Positions 26,147-40,506 are shown, numbered from the stretch's first letter. The stretch: 53,271 nucleotides of DNA from Octopus sinensis (GCF_006345805.1 NW_021835422.1:1-53271); one strand, 5' to 3'. Program-made: numbers and translations. Notes: generated from the letters alone by a model not told the origin.

Positions 26147-26602
26147 ATATAAACTAAAGTACTCCATAATATATTAGGTGATTCAGAAACCACTATATAA
26201 TATTAGTAAAGTATACAGCAATATAAAGGTTTGTATACCTTCATAACCATTACATCGATATTGTAAAGCAGGCGTTTGTATGATTTCAGAATCTATTGGC
26301 AATAACAACGCAGCGATCTGACCTTATCGAATGGTTTACTTTCATTAAAAACATTCTGGTGCACAGGGGACATAATATTGGAATGGATGCACGGAAGAAG
26401 ATGCGTGGGCTAGTGGCTAAAGTGCTCCGTTCACGATCGTAAGGTTGATGGTTCGATTCATGGACTAGGTGGCATGTTATGGCATTGAGCAAGAAATTTC
26501 ACTTGATGTTGCTCCAGTCTACTCAGCTGACAATAAGCACTGTAAGGTCGTTGGTTCGATTCCCGTGCTGGATGGCGCCTTGTAATCTTAAAATATAAAT
26601 AA

Positions 26603-26850
26603 GTGCGCCCTTTTAAAGCCTAGCCAGGCTCATGGACCCGGTTTCCCGGTTTCTATGGCGTATGTGTTTCCCAGCTGGACTGGACGCCTGTCCATCGCAG
26701 CGTTACTCATTTTTGCCAGCTGAGTGGACTGGAGCAACGTGAAATGAAGTGTTTTGCTCAAGAACACAACGCATCGCCCGGTCCAGGAATCGAAACCATA
26801 ATCTCACGATCATGGTGCTGACACCCTAACCACTAAGCCACGCGCCTCCA
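26603..26850 (-). mobile_element. SINE head B plus tail X; a diverged plus-strand B head lies at about 26398-26540
   Basis: Clear A/B boxes; tail matches 18590-18715. Confidence 0.85.
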
Positions 26851-27689
26851 CCTTGAATTCTTAAGCAAGGTACTTAATGTTGCTCCAATCGATGTAGTTA
26901 AAAGCAAGCACTAACTGAATACTGGTATAGCCCTTTCTTTCTCCAGCATCCCTGTCCTTAGTTAAAGAGTGGGAATGTCGCGAAGGTGTCTATGTCTTCG
27001 TGCGAATATACAAGCACTTATGGCCATTAGTGAAAGCATGGAACAAGCTACCAGATCACACTCGCTTGAAGGAAAGACTCAAATATTCGAAGTTCTTTCT
27101 TTCATCTATTCGTGTAGAGTCAAACGTTCAAAGACGTTCGCTGCAATAGTAATTATTCCGCAAAGATATTCTCCTTAAATAATTTGCATGCATAAAGACA
27201 TCAATCTGGGTTCAGAGTGACGTCAGACTGTAAGACGTTTTTATGTGGTTGCGCTTCATCAATTACAGATACTGATGGTTAATCGACGCAGCTTAGTGTA
27301 TCTTTAGTTCATTTCTGCTCGACAAAACTTTGCACGTGCCAGTAAATGAATTTTTTGCTGTTCACATATAAGATTTCCAGTTCTTACTGGGCATTGAATG
27401 ACCGAAACAGTGTCTGTAACTGACGAAGCGTAACCACGTAAGAAAACGTGGTTTACAGCCCAATGACGCCATTCAGAGCTCGGCTTGAAGCGTTTTAATG
27501 CTCATAACCTATTAGAAGAATATCTTACCCGTGATCAACCAGCTCAGCAAAAAAACCTTTCCACTGTTGAATGTATACAAACGTGTTCAATATAAATGTA
27601 CACCGTTTTAATCTAATTGTCAATGCTTAGCGTGCTTTTAACACACACACACACACACACACATACATTTATATATATATATATCTTTT

Positions 27690-28078
27690 GCATGCTTCAG
27701 TCATTGGACCGCGACCATGCTGAGTAACTACATTGAGGGATTTAGTCAAACAGTACTTACCTTTTAAAACCTTATGGTCAGTCTATCGGCTTCTTCTGTC
27801 CAATCACTAAGTTGCGGGAATGTAAACAAACCACCACCGGTGGTCAAGCGGTGATAGGGAATCAACATAACATAAAGGCACCCACATATATACATACACA
27901 AATACACACACATATACAACGGCTTCCTTCAGTTTTCGTCTACCAAATCTACTCACAAAACTTTGACCAGCACACGTCTTTATAGTAAAAGGAACTTGCC
28001 CAAGGTACCACGTAGTAGGGCTGAACCTGGAACCACGCAGCTGAGAAGCAAGGGTTTTTCAACCACACAACCTCGCCT
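27690..28078 (-). mobile_element. SINE C, diverged
   Basis: Collinear with 10481-10897. Confidence 0.7.
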
Positions 28079-28358
28079 GTGTATATATAGTATTTAAAAT
28101 GTTGTACTCACAGTTGCTACATCGTGGGTTCGGTTCCCTGAGCAGGCGTCGCGTTGTCTTCAAACAACTAAAATACAAAAAACATTTATTCGGTGAAAAC
28201 GTATGTTTGTATATTTATTTTTACACATATGAATGCATAGAACAAAACTATTTTCCCCTTGTGTTATAAAGGTTAAACTTGTTAAAAGAACTAAAAATAT
28301 ATATGTATCTTAAAAAAGTTTAACGCATTTTCAACCTTCTGTCAGTATTTTTCGTATA

Positions 28359-29583
28359 CAGGGGTTGGACAAAATAATGGAAACACCTAGCATCATAGCA
28401 TCATAATTTTGAAATATCTATAAAACTAACAAAAGCTTGTTTATTTTTATGTTTTTTGATTTAGTATTAGTGTTGCTTAAAATTGCTGTTTCTTTTCAGA
28501 TATCATCAGAAAACGGTAATTGAAATTCATTAAAATTACAGATCTATCGGACTTTCAAAGAGGTCAAATTATTAGTGCTCGTATGGCAGGCGATAGCGTA
28601 AGGAAAACAGCCGAAATGTTTGGTGAATCAAAAAGTACTGTCTCGAAAGTAATGACAGCCTTTGAGAAAGAGGGAAAAAGCTTCTCGTCGAAACAAAACT
28701 CCGGAAGAAACTAAAACTTTCAGATAGGGACCGTCGGACTCTTACGCGATCATAAAAGCACAGCTCCCAAAATTATTGCAGAACTTAATGACCACCTCGA
28801 AAACCCAGTTTCCACAAAATCTGTTCGCCGGGAGCTACACTAAGCTGGATTTCACGGGAGGGCTGCAATCAGAAAACCACTAATTTCAAAAACAAACGTT
28901 GCAAAGCGTTTAGAGTAGAGTAAAAACCTACAGAATTGGTCCCGAAAGTAGTGGAAAAATGTTATTTTCTCGGACGAGTCATCCGTTACCTTATTTCCGA
29001 CCACCAGCCGAGTATAGGTGTGGAGACAGCCAAAAGAAGCATTTGACCCAGACTGCCTTCTTCCAACTGTTAAACATAGAAGAGGATTTGTGATGATCTG
29101 GTGGGGCTATATCTTGGAAATCCGCAGACCTAATGGTTTCCCTTCATGGCAGAATTAATAGTCAAGACTATTTAAGCATTTTATCTGATCAAATTCATCC
29201 TATGATTGCGGAACTGTTTCCGGAGGGAAAAGCAATCTTTCAGGACGACAATGCATCAATTCACACAGCTAAGGTTGTTACTGAATGGCATGAGAAACAT
29301 TCTAGTGAAGTTGAACATGTTATCAGGCCACCACAGTCCCAAGATCTCAATATTGTTGAACATTTATGGTGCATTTTAGAAAAACAAGGAAAGAGTCTCC
29401 AAGAACTGGAGACTGTTTTAGCTGAAGAATGGACAAAAATTCCTTTGGAAACAATTCAAACTTTGTACGAGTCCATACCTCGTAGAGTTCAAGCTGTAAT
29501 TACTGCGAAAGGCGATCCTACTCCATATTAAAATAAATTTGCTTGAAATTTTAAGGTGTTTCCATTATTTTGTCCAACCCCTA
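28359..29583 (+). mobile_element. Full-length (1225 bp) Tc1-type DNA transposon, decayed
   Basis: 30-bp TIRs 28359-28388 / 29554-29583 (1 mismatch), TA duplications at 28357-28358 and 29584-29585. Confidence 0.95.
28520..29531 (+). pseudogene. Tc1-family transposase, disrupted by stops and frameshifts
   Basis: HTH-like N-terminus, GRP-like NSGR, VIFSDES, FQDDNA and QDLNIVEHLW motifs; 36 residues between second D and E. Confidence 0.9.
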
Positions 29584-30337
29584 TATAAAATAAATAATAA
29601 TGAAATTTTTGTATACAGTGATCAGGTGCACCACAACTTGTCAGAAAGTGCTATAATGTCTATATATTTTATAAAAATAATAATAAATAATAATGAAATT
29701 TTATATATATATAATTTTATATATATATATATACACACACATACATACATAACGATGATGATGATGATAATGATGATACAAGACTAATTATTGTAAAATC
29801 GGTGCTTATTAAAGTACATTTCATTTTCCAAATCTAATAGAATCAACACAGGAAATTTGTTATTTTTTTTATGAACGCCAGAATTTACAAGCAGAACTGG
29901 TACAGAAACGATTGTAGCCAATCATTAAGGATGCTTAAAAAGGCTTCCTTGATTGTCTCATTATTTGGATTATAGTTTACTCCTTGCTACATCCACACAA
30001 TGGTTTTGTCCTCGAGAAACCAGGATTTTCTATACTTGAAGAATTTCGGTATTAGTCTGGTATCCGACAATGTCGATATTAATAGCTCAGAACTCGGGCT
30101 GAGTGCTTCTCTGGAAATACCATACCTTTATATTATACAAGTACCCAATATATATATATATATATATATATGTTGTGTGTGTGTGTGTGGTGTGTGTGTT
30201 ATATATATATACGGAACCCAAATGCAAAATTAAGTCCTAGAGTGTACAATGTTCCTGACGCTCAGCAATGGTCTTCCTCGGTCACGAGTGGACGGCCATC
30301 ATATATATATAATATATACACACACACACAAACGCAT

Positions 30338-30393
<56 letters not shown>

Positions 30394-30540
30394 AAAGTAA
30401 AAAAAATACACAACTGGGACAAGAACGTGAAACATTTAGAAAACGACACAAAAAACACGGTCGGGACTTTCGAAGCTCTCAGTCATCAGTCAAGAACCAG
30501 ATCATCTTCGCAATTTCGGCTGATTAATCTTGATATATAT

Positions 30541-30898
30541 GGTGACCCCCTTCGGTCAGACACTGACCATGGGTTTGCACCTAGAGTGTTACCTTCTGAG
30601 GCACAAGTCTGGGCAAGATTGTTTTTTTTTTTCTTTTTTTTTTTTTATTATGGAAGACCAGCGTCGCCCCATGCATACCGGCCTCCCTCTCCACGTCACC
30701 GATGTTGTCCAAAGGAAAGGCAAGGCCGATACAGCTTGGCACCTGTGCGTCGCAACTCATTTCTACAGCTGAGTGAACTGGAGCAACGTGAAATAAGTGT
30801 CTTGCTCAAGAAAACAACACGCAGCCCGGTCTGGGATTCGAGCTCACAACCTCACGATCGTAAGCTCGAGGCTCTAACACTGAGCCACGCGCCTTCAC
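30541..30898 (-). mobile_element. SINE head B plus tail Z
   Basis: Close inverted-orientation match to 49715-50054. Confidence 0.9.
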
Positions 30899-30974
30899 GC
30901 GCCTGATATATATATATATATAATATATATATACACACACATCTATTATATATATATATATATATACATCTATC

Positions 30975-31013
<39 letters not shown>

Positions 31014-31198
31014 TCTATTATATCCCATACATTCGACTTGCACTCTGTCCCCTTCCTATTCTTAGAACATTCTCCATCCAACCAATTTGATGTCACTCTC
31101 TGCTATAACGGAATATTTTAATAAACACTCATTATCACTGTGGAATCCATGTGGGAAGTCATCTAAAAGTTTTTTGTTCGTCATGATGCTGACATAGG

Positions 31199-31296
31199 TT
31201 CCTTGTCTTTCCTGATGAGAAGGCGGCATATGCACCCTTTATTCCTTCGGAATTAAGAATATTCAGTCTTCGAAACATATGTCGAGAATAAAGGAA
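31199..31296 (+). ncRNA. Type I hammerhead ribozyme, intact core
   Basis: Stem I TTCCTT-GTC-TTTC / GAGA-ATA-AAGGAA; CTGATGA 31212-31218; stem II GAAGGC/GTCTTC; GAAA 31272-31275; palindromic stem III ACATATGT; GUC triplet 31281-31283. Confidence 0.8.
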
Positions 31297-31330
31297 TTTT
31301 GTTAAATCGTCGTTCGACTCCATTCTTTCA

Positions 31331-31370
<40 letters not shown>

Positions 31371-31466
31371 CACACATCTATTATAATATATATTATACAC
31401 ACACATCTATTATATATATATATATATATACCTACACACACACATCTATTATATATATATACACAC

Positions 31467-31542
<76 letters not shown>

Positions 31543-31922
31543 CTGGCTTTCGCAGACTTCACCGTCAAGAAAATGTATTTGTATCTTCTGTTATGGTTGT
31601 ATGTATATATATGAAGCTATATATTGATATATATATACTTTACTGATATAGCATAATTACTTCTGAATCAGCCAATATATTGCAGTATACTCTAGCAATA
31701 TTCCAAGTGCAACGAGTCGTACATTGTTTCATGTATGAATAATATATTATATACGTATGCGTAGCAACCAATATCTTACTTGTTATTAATATATCATAGC
31801 TGAGTGTGTTTCAAGCGTTATAGATAAATATATACTGCTTGCTGGCATTAGTAATATAACGTACAGCTATGTGGATATCGGTCGATGTTGTACTACATAC
31901 GTTAGTTATAAACTTGTGCATA

Positions 31923-31929
<7 letters not shown>

Positions 31930-31963
<34 letters not shown>

Positions 31964-31999
31964 CATACGCAGTATATACATGCATACACACACACACAC

Positions 32000-32040
<41 letters not shown>

Positions 32041-32585
32041 CAGTACGCGGATACGTACATGCATACACACATACATATATATATATATACATATACATAT
32101 ATACACATATATACATACACATATATACATACATATATACATATACATATACACATATACATATACACATATACATATACACATATACATATACACATAC
32201 ATATACACATATACATATATACATATACACACATACATATATACATACATATATACATATACATATATACATATATACATTTACATATATACATATACAT
32301 ATATACATATATACATTTACATATATACATACATACATTTACATATATACATACATACATTTACATATATACATACATACATTTACATATATACATACAT
32401 ATATATATATATATACATAATATATATATATATATATATACATAATACATATATATATATATATATACATAATACATATACATATATATACATAATACAT
32501 ATACATATATATACATAATACATATACATATATATACATAATACATATACATATATACATATACATATATATATATATATATACG
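31930..32585. repeat. Compound (TA)/(CATATA) microsatellite
   Basis: Directly visible. Confidence 0.9.
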
Positions 32586-32984
32586 TACTGGTTTGTATTT
32601 GTGTGTATCAGTTAATATATTGTTGCTTATATCCCATAAGTTTGAAATGAAATTTAGGTCATGTGTAAATATGTGTATGCTTGAATATGCGTATTGATCA
32701 GATATCGATATTATCTGTGTGTGTGTGTGTGTGTGTGTGTTGATGCGTATATTAAGGAACATATTGCTCCTGGCGTTACAAATCTGCTACTGTATATATG
32801 TCTATCAGAACATATGTTCGCTGTTGCCTTTCGAATTATATACAACCAATGATTGTATGAACGTATGTTTGTATGTTTACGCATTCTCTCTCTCGTTCTC
32901 TCTATACATACATACATACATACGTACACACACACACACACACACACACATACATACATACATACATACATACATACATGTGCA

Positions 32985-33202
32985 GTGTAAGGGCTGAAAT
33001 GTTCCTGGCTTTAAGGGTGTCATGGAAGGCCCGGCTGGAAGCCTAACCTTCTGAGTTCTTTTACAGGGCTTAGAAAAACTGAAGGACCGCTGCAATAAGT
33101 GTGTGAATCTGAGAGGAGAATATGTTGAATAAAATCGTAATTAATTGATCGTCCTGTATTTTCTTTTACCCAAAACCAGGAACTTTTCAATACCCACTTC
33201 GC
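32985..33202 (+). mobile_element. Short mariner deletion derivative
   Basis: GLEKLKDRCNKCVNLRGEYVE* is a mariner transposase C-terminus; TIR-like TGAAATGTTCCTGGCTTT / AAAACCAGGAACTTTTCA. Confidence 0.7.
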
Positions 33203-33715
33203 ATATATCGACTAGCTTTTGAACTTTCCGTCAACCAAATATGTATGTATGTATAGATAGATAGATACGTACATACATACATTCATACATACACAAACAC
33301 ATATCCGGGCGTACGCACACACACGAAGTACACACACACACACACATTACATTTGAAACAAAGTCGCATTTTTGATATGATCTCTGATGTTAGTTATTCA
33401 ATACTTCCGGTAAAAGATGTATTAATTTTTATATTTCAATATTTTACTCTTTTACTTGTTTCAGTCATTTGACTGCGGCCATGAGGTGTTAGATTAAAAC
33501 TAAACTCTTAATACGGAGAAGTATCCTGTGAACTGGAAGCCTTGCACAAAAATAAATTTGCAGAAAAAGCACCTATCCTTGCTCAATCGAAAATGCGTAT
33601 TGTTCTTACACGGTAATGCATAACCACCTATTGCCAAGTCACCCTGGGAAAAAATATGGCACTAAATGTGAAAGTTTTATCTCGCCTTTCTTATACTTCT
33701 GATCATTGAAAAGGG

Positions 33716-34622
33716 CAGTGGTTCCCAGTCCGGGGACCATATACGATTTTGCTGTTAAAATATATGTGCTATAAATTGGTTATATTTCCACACTTCACAA
33801 GATGTTTTAATCTTCGTATATAATTCTTAATAATATTTAATTATAAAAAGACAATAGGATGCTTTTATATCTACAGCGAACGGTTAGTGCCTGTTTACGG
33901 TTAGGTGGACTAGGCATGTTGGGAATTAAGCAATGTTAATGACAGCAGTAGGAAACGAACACAGTCTGTTTTCTGTCCATTGTTCCCAGAGGTCACTGTC
34001 AAAAATCGAGACTCTCGAAAATCAAGTGATTCTTAGCCGGAGTTCATTTAAAATTTTCTTGTTAAAATTTATGTGCAACACAAAATATTCACAGCACAAA
34101 ATATTTTATCAATTTTTTTTTGTATAATTACTAATAATACTTAATTATAAAAATACAGTAGGATGTTTTTGTATCTACAGCGAACGGTTACTGTCTATTT
34201 GCGGTTAGATAGACTAGGCATGATGGGAATTAAGCAATGTTAGTGACAGTGGCATCAAACGAGCCCTCATTATTCCCAGAGGTCGCACTCGAAAATCGGG
34301 ACTTCATAGAGTAGTGATTATCAACTAGGGTCTATATAACCTTTGGGGGTCCATATGAGATTTTGTTTAAATATGTGTAATATAAGATGGCAAGGCGGAA
34401 GAATCGTTAAGCTCGCTGAGCAAAAGGCTTGGCAGCTTTTCGTCAGCCAGCACGTTATGGGTTCAAATTCCGCCGAGGTTGACTTATCCTTTCATCCTGT
34501 GGCCATGCTGGAGCACCGGCTTTGGTCAAGAAAATCGATGCCAGGACTTATTCTTTGTAAGCCTAGTACTTATTCTATCGTTCTCTTTTGGCGAACCGCT
34601 AAGTTACGGGAGCATCGGTTGT

Positions 34623-34669
<47 letters not shown>

Positions 34670-35061
34670 CACGGCAGGCTTCTTTCAGTTTCCGTCTATC
34701 AAATCCACTCACAAGGCTTTGGTCGGCCCGAGGCTATAGTAGAAGACACTTGCCCAAGGTGCTACGCAGTGGGACTGAACCCGGAACCATGTGGTTGGTA
34801 AGCAAGCTCCTGCGCCTTCGATAAATTAAGTACCAGTTGAACACAGGGGTCGATGTAATCGGCTAGCACCCCACAAAGGGATTTCGGGCCTTGTGCCAAA
34901 ATTTGATACCAAATTTATGTGCAATAAATTACTTCAGCTTCTACACCAAATATTTTTTTTTATATAATACCTAATGTTATAATAAAATGGTTATGAGGGA
35001 TTACCAGAATAAAATAGGAATCGAAGGGGTCCTTAGGTAAAAAATGACTAAAAATCACCAA
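33716..35061. mobile_element. Composite of hAT-MITE pieces (family of 7122-8028) with an internal ~180-bp direct duplication and nested SINEs
   Basis: CAGTGGTTCCCAG..GGGGACCAT start; direct copies 33828-34012 / 34132-34302; right-end-like sequence near 35030-35061. Confidence 0.45.
34392..34900 (+). mobile_element. SINE D interrupted by an antisense SINE C (34498-34817)
   Basis: D body stops at TTCATCC and resumes at TCGATAAATTAAGTACCAG after the C copy. Confidence 0.8.
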
Positions 35062-35249
35062 TTTTGAGGGTAAACGGTTTCTTAATTATGAAGAGGTTAA
35101 AATGACATTGAGTGTACTTTTTAGGTTCGAAATCTGAAAAAAAATTATGTTTGAGGGTCCAACAATCTGTCAAATGGACGGCATCATGTGGTCAATAATG
35201 AATGAGGGAAAATATCATCTTTATTAAATATATCAGTTAAGACCAAGGA

Positions 35250-35520
35250 AGCATACTTCTATCGGTGTCTTTTCGCCGAACCGCTAAGTTACAGAGACGT
35301 AAATAAACCAACAACGGTTGCCGAGCTGTGGTGGGGGACCAGCAAACACACACACAAACTCACACACACACACGATGGGCTTCTTTCGTTTTTTGTCTGC
35401 TAGACCCACACAAAATGCTTTGGTCGGCCCGAAGGCTTTAGTACATGATACTTCCCCTAAGTGCTGCGCAATGGAACGGAACCCAAAATCACACGATCGG
35501 GAAGTAAGCTTCTTATCACA
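35250..35520 (-). mobile_element. SINE C, diverged, followed by a (CA)/(TA) array to about 35970
   Basis: GCCGAACCGCTAAGTTAC, TTTGGTCGGCCCGA motifs. Confidence 0.7.
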
Positions 35521-35542
35521 CACACGCACACACACACACACA

Positions 35543-35585
<43 letters not shown>

Positions 35586-36858
35586 TTATATACATATATA
35601 TACACACATATATACATACATATATTTATATACATATATATACACACATATATACATACATACACACACACACACACATATATATAAATATATATATACA
35701 CACACACACACATATATATATACTTACATACATAAACACATATATATATACAAACACATATATATATACATACACACACACACACATACATACATACACA
35801 CACATACACACGCATACATACACACACATACATACACACACACACATACACACACACACATGCATACACACACACATGCATACACACACACATGCATACA
35901 CACACATGCACACACACACATACACACACACATACACACACACATACACACACACATACACACACACAAGCCGTGTATATTGCTTCTGGTGTTATTTATT
36001 GTAAACTAAATGTTATTTTCTATCCTACAAACGCCGTTCTTAAGATCTTTTATGTAATATCAACGTACACACTTCATCAACCGACCAACCAACAAACCAC
36101 CAGCCAGCCAGCCAGCCGACCGACCGACGAGCCAACCAGCCAGCCAGCCAGCCAGCGCTCCCTTCTTCCAGATCTAAAACCAGTCAGTAATCACTGCTGG
36201 ATTCTTTACTTAAACGTATACTTTACAATGATTACAAGGTGCATTCGGTTTAAAGCTGCACTTCCCACCTCTTCCTTCCAACAACCGCTGCACACACTGA
36301 CTCTCTCTCTCTCTCTCTCCATTTACAGTTTGCGACTTGTTAATGCCTAGGTGTATGTTTGAGACGCAAGAAGATATGACTATCCTTCGCGCTTTCTCGT
36401 TATGTCTCTTGTAGTCTCTGTATCTCTATCTTTACTTCTCTCTCTCTGTCTCTCTCTCTCTCTGGCTCTTTGGTTCTTTCTCTCTTTCACTCTGTCATTC
36501 TCTCTTAAAATGTCTCCACCGTTGCATGCGAACTAATGATCAATTAATACTGACCAGGTAGGCAGTCGATGTCAAAGTGTAATGCTGGAGGCTCCTATCG
36601 TTATCTGAGCTTTTCTCTTCGGTGTAACAACAAAAACAGCAACAACAACAACAACACCAAATAACAACAACAATAACAACCAACAACAAGAGCAATAAAA
36701 ACAACACAAAATTATAAACAACAAAATGCCACCAACGAAACCACCACCACCAATAACATCAACGTTTCTATCACCAACATCATCAACACCTTCACAATTA
36801 CCATTACTAACAATAATAATAATAATAATAATAATAACAACAACAGCAATATAACGAC

Positions 36859-36892
<34 letters not shown>

Positions 36893-37134
36893 GCAGAAAC
36901 ATGAAGAGCAACATCAACGACAATACAAGCCTTTAAAAGACCCGTTCATTAGGAGGAGACGTTGGTTGCAATCCGAGCTTTGACCGTTTTAGCGAGAATT
37001 CTTTTGGCTTTCTGCGAAAATCTCATTTAATTATAAGGAAGTAGTCGGCTGTTTTCCATTCATCTAGATCTAAAAGCTAAGCGGATTATTGATCATAAAC
37101 ACTAATCAATACCTTCCTTACCTCACATTGATCA

Positions 37135-37683
37135 TATTTTATATATATATATTATATATATAAATATATATATATATACATACACACCAAACACACATAT
37201 ATATATACATGTATATATATATATATATACAAATATATATATATATGCATACATATACATACATATATATATATATGCATATACATACATATATATATAT
37301 GCATACATATACATACATATATATACACACATAGAATATATCATATATGTATATGTAATCATATACATGTATAATATATAAATGTATACATACTTATATA
37401 CATATGTTATACATAGACACTTACCTACATATATATATAGACACACAGCATAAAATATGTATAATATGTAATATATATATATACATATAGATATATATAT
37501 ATATATATATGTATATACAGTTACCTACACACATATATACATACAGTATGTAATATATAAACATATATAATATATAAGTATATACATATACAGTTACCTA
37601 CACACAGATACATACAGTATGTAATATATATATACATATATAATATATAAGTATATACATATAGGTGTATACATATAAACTTG

Positions 37684-37720
<37 letters not shown>

Positions 37721-37799
37721 CATATACAGACAACACTATGGATAAATATAAATACAGACATATATATATATATACATAAATATGTATAAATATCTGTGT

Positions 37800-37834
<35 letters not shown>

Positions 37835-37945
37835 GTAGCGTAGATGCGTGCGCATATATATGAGTATATATGTATATCTACATACGTATAAACATATATA
37901 TATACGTATATAATGTATGTGTGTGTGGTGTGTGTGTGTGTGTAG
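37135..37945. repeat. Compound (TA)/(CA) microsatellite
   Basis: Directly visible. Confidence 0.85.
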
Positions 37946-38199
37946 TAGTGACAATATGGCATCTATTTTCTTGACTAGAGGATAATGTTTGAAAATATGT
38001 TCTTCATTGTATTCTTAACTGAGTGAATTGTCGGCGGTTTTGTGCCACTTCAGAATAAATATCCCCCAGCTACTCTTACCGTATGTTTCTCTGTTTTAAT
38101 ACAACGATTTACTTGTATAAAAGATATAAGTGAGACCTTTTACTTCTCTTGTCCTTCCAAGTAGATTATATGATGTGGACTTGTTTGTGTCGACATCTA

Positions 38200-38960
38200 C
38201 GTACGTTCATAGGAATTTGTGTTTGTCTGTGTGTGTGCATGTGTATTTGTTTGTGCGTGTGTATGTGTGTTCTGTTTTTGAGTGTGTTTGTGTGTGTATG
38301 TGTGTGTGTGTGTGCATGTGTATTTGTGTGTATGTGTTCTGTTTATGTGTGTGTGTGTATGTGTGTGTGTATGTCTGTGTGCATCTGTATTTGTGTGTGC
38401 GTATGTATGTGTGTTTCCGTTTTTTAGTGTGTTTGTGTGTGTATGTGTGTTTCCGTTTTTGAGTGTGTTTGTGTGTGTATGTGTGTGTGTGTGTGCATGT
38501 GTATTTGTGTGTACGTGTGTTTGTGTGTTTCTCTTTTTGAGTGTGTCTGTGTGTGCATGTGTGTGTGTGCGTGTGTATGTGTGTTTCCGTTTTTGAGTGT
38601 GTTTGTGTGCGTATGTGTGTGTGTCTGTGTGTGCATGTATATTTGTGTGTGCGTGTGTTTATGTGTGTATGTGTGTCTGTGTGTGCATGTGTATTTGTGT
38701 GTGCTTCTGTTTTTTAGTGTGTTTGTGTGTGTGTATGTGTGTGCATGTGTCTGTGTGTGTTTGTGTGTGTATGCGTGTTTCTGTTTTTGAGTGTGTGTGT
38801 GTTTCTGTTTTTGAGTGTGTGTGTGTATGTTCTTGTGTGTTTGTGTGTATATATGCGTGTGTATGTATGTGTATGTGAGTGTGTCTATTTTTGAATGTAT
38901 GCATGTCTGTGTGTGTTTGTGTGTATGTTTGTATGTACGTGTGCATGCATGTGTGTGTGT
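38200..38960. repeat. (TG)-rich minisatellite with recurring TTTCYGTTTTTRAG spacer
   Basis: Spacer recurs about 9 times at 30-120 bp intervals. Confidence 0.8.
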
Positions 38961-40506
38961 GTGCGAATGTGTGTTTGTGCGGTGATTTACGTTTTATCGA
39001 ACCTTCCTGATTAGACCGGAAGTGTCGTTGCAACTACCTGTCTATGTAACTAACAAACTAATTAAGTAACCGAAAATTGCGTCCACTCAACAGCATGGGG
39101 TATTTTTAATTGTGTTATCGTAAAATAAAAATGATTAATTGGACGTTTAAGAAGTCGTACAATCTATCCTGTTTAGCTAGCTCTTGTTGTTGTTTGTTTG
39201 TGACTGCTTCTTCTTGTTGTTATTGTTGTTCTTGTTCTCAGTTGCAGTTCAAACCAAATGGAGGTAGATATGATTAAAACACGTTCTCGTTATGAACATT
39301 CAATTTTGTTTATTTTTTTTTCCTCTTATCACGCAAACACAACGTAACGAGAACTACATTCTGCGTTATCAAGTACCTTTCATTTATTCCTTCGTTTTCT
39401 TCCAAATGATGAAATAAACAGGGGATTAGAAAATGGAAAAACAGCCGCGAACGTACATACATGGATAGAGAGAAATCTGGCGTTGATGATGACGGCGGCG
39501 GTGCGTTTGCGTGACGACAAACTCTTTGCTTTTTTTCCTCCTCCAGTTACTCTTTCATCTTCTCTGAAATACTGAGAGGAAGTTAAACAGAAGTGTGTGA
39601 TTTGAGAGAAATTTAGCTGTTACGATATTAATTTTTTTTTTTACTATTCAATCTGGAATTTTTTTCCATCAGCCTTTTTACAGATGTTCATAATCAGCGT
39701 TATCACAGTATCTTTATTTGTCTATATATATATATATAGTATATATATATAATATATATATTGAACATTTTAAAGCTTTGCTGAATGGAATATGCTTCGC
39801 TAATGAGATATAACTAGATCGAAACTCATCAGTGAGTTTTAAAGAGAAGACCCACTTCTTTTTTTCATCATTTTGATCTTCCGTTTGCACGGTATCATTG
39901 AAGTTATATATCTTGCTTCCTGAATTATTGTTGAGGTTAAACAATCCTAAATGAAAGAAGTTGTCTACTCATTGCCAGGATAAGACCCATTAATTTGTAT
40001 TTGTATGCGTGAGGGAGAGAGAGCGAGAGAAAGAGAGAGAAATAAAAAGAGAGAGATAGAAAAAACAAAGAGAAAGAAAGAAATCTATCTATCCACTCAT
40101 TGCTGTGTATTAATTTCTAAATTTTGTTTTCTCGCGCTACGAAAATCAGTCTTATAAATTTATTTACGAATGCTTTTATCTTTTCTTCAGAAAGTACGTT
40201 GATGGCAACGCTTCGCTGATGAGGTCAAAATAATACCGAAATAGGTCAAGATCTGTCTCACTTGCTAGCCGAAAAGCGAAGATAATATTAATCATTGACA
40301 AATATGTTTCTTGTTTCTGTCCTTTCAGCGTATATTTATTTCTAGTTAGATATATAGCGCTGTATGTATGATGTATGCTAACAGCTATTTACTTTTATCT
40401 GTATAAAATTCTTCAATTTGTGTTAGCATATTTAATGTAAATAATATGAAAAGATCTCATTGAAATATACCCATTCTGTGATGATCACGTTGATAATAAT
40501 AATAAT

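Noticed and set aside
30455-30500. Minus-strand CTGATGA..GAAAGTC core
   Set aside because: No stem I adjacent to the core and a marginal stem II
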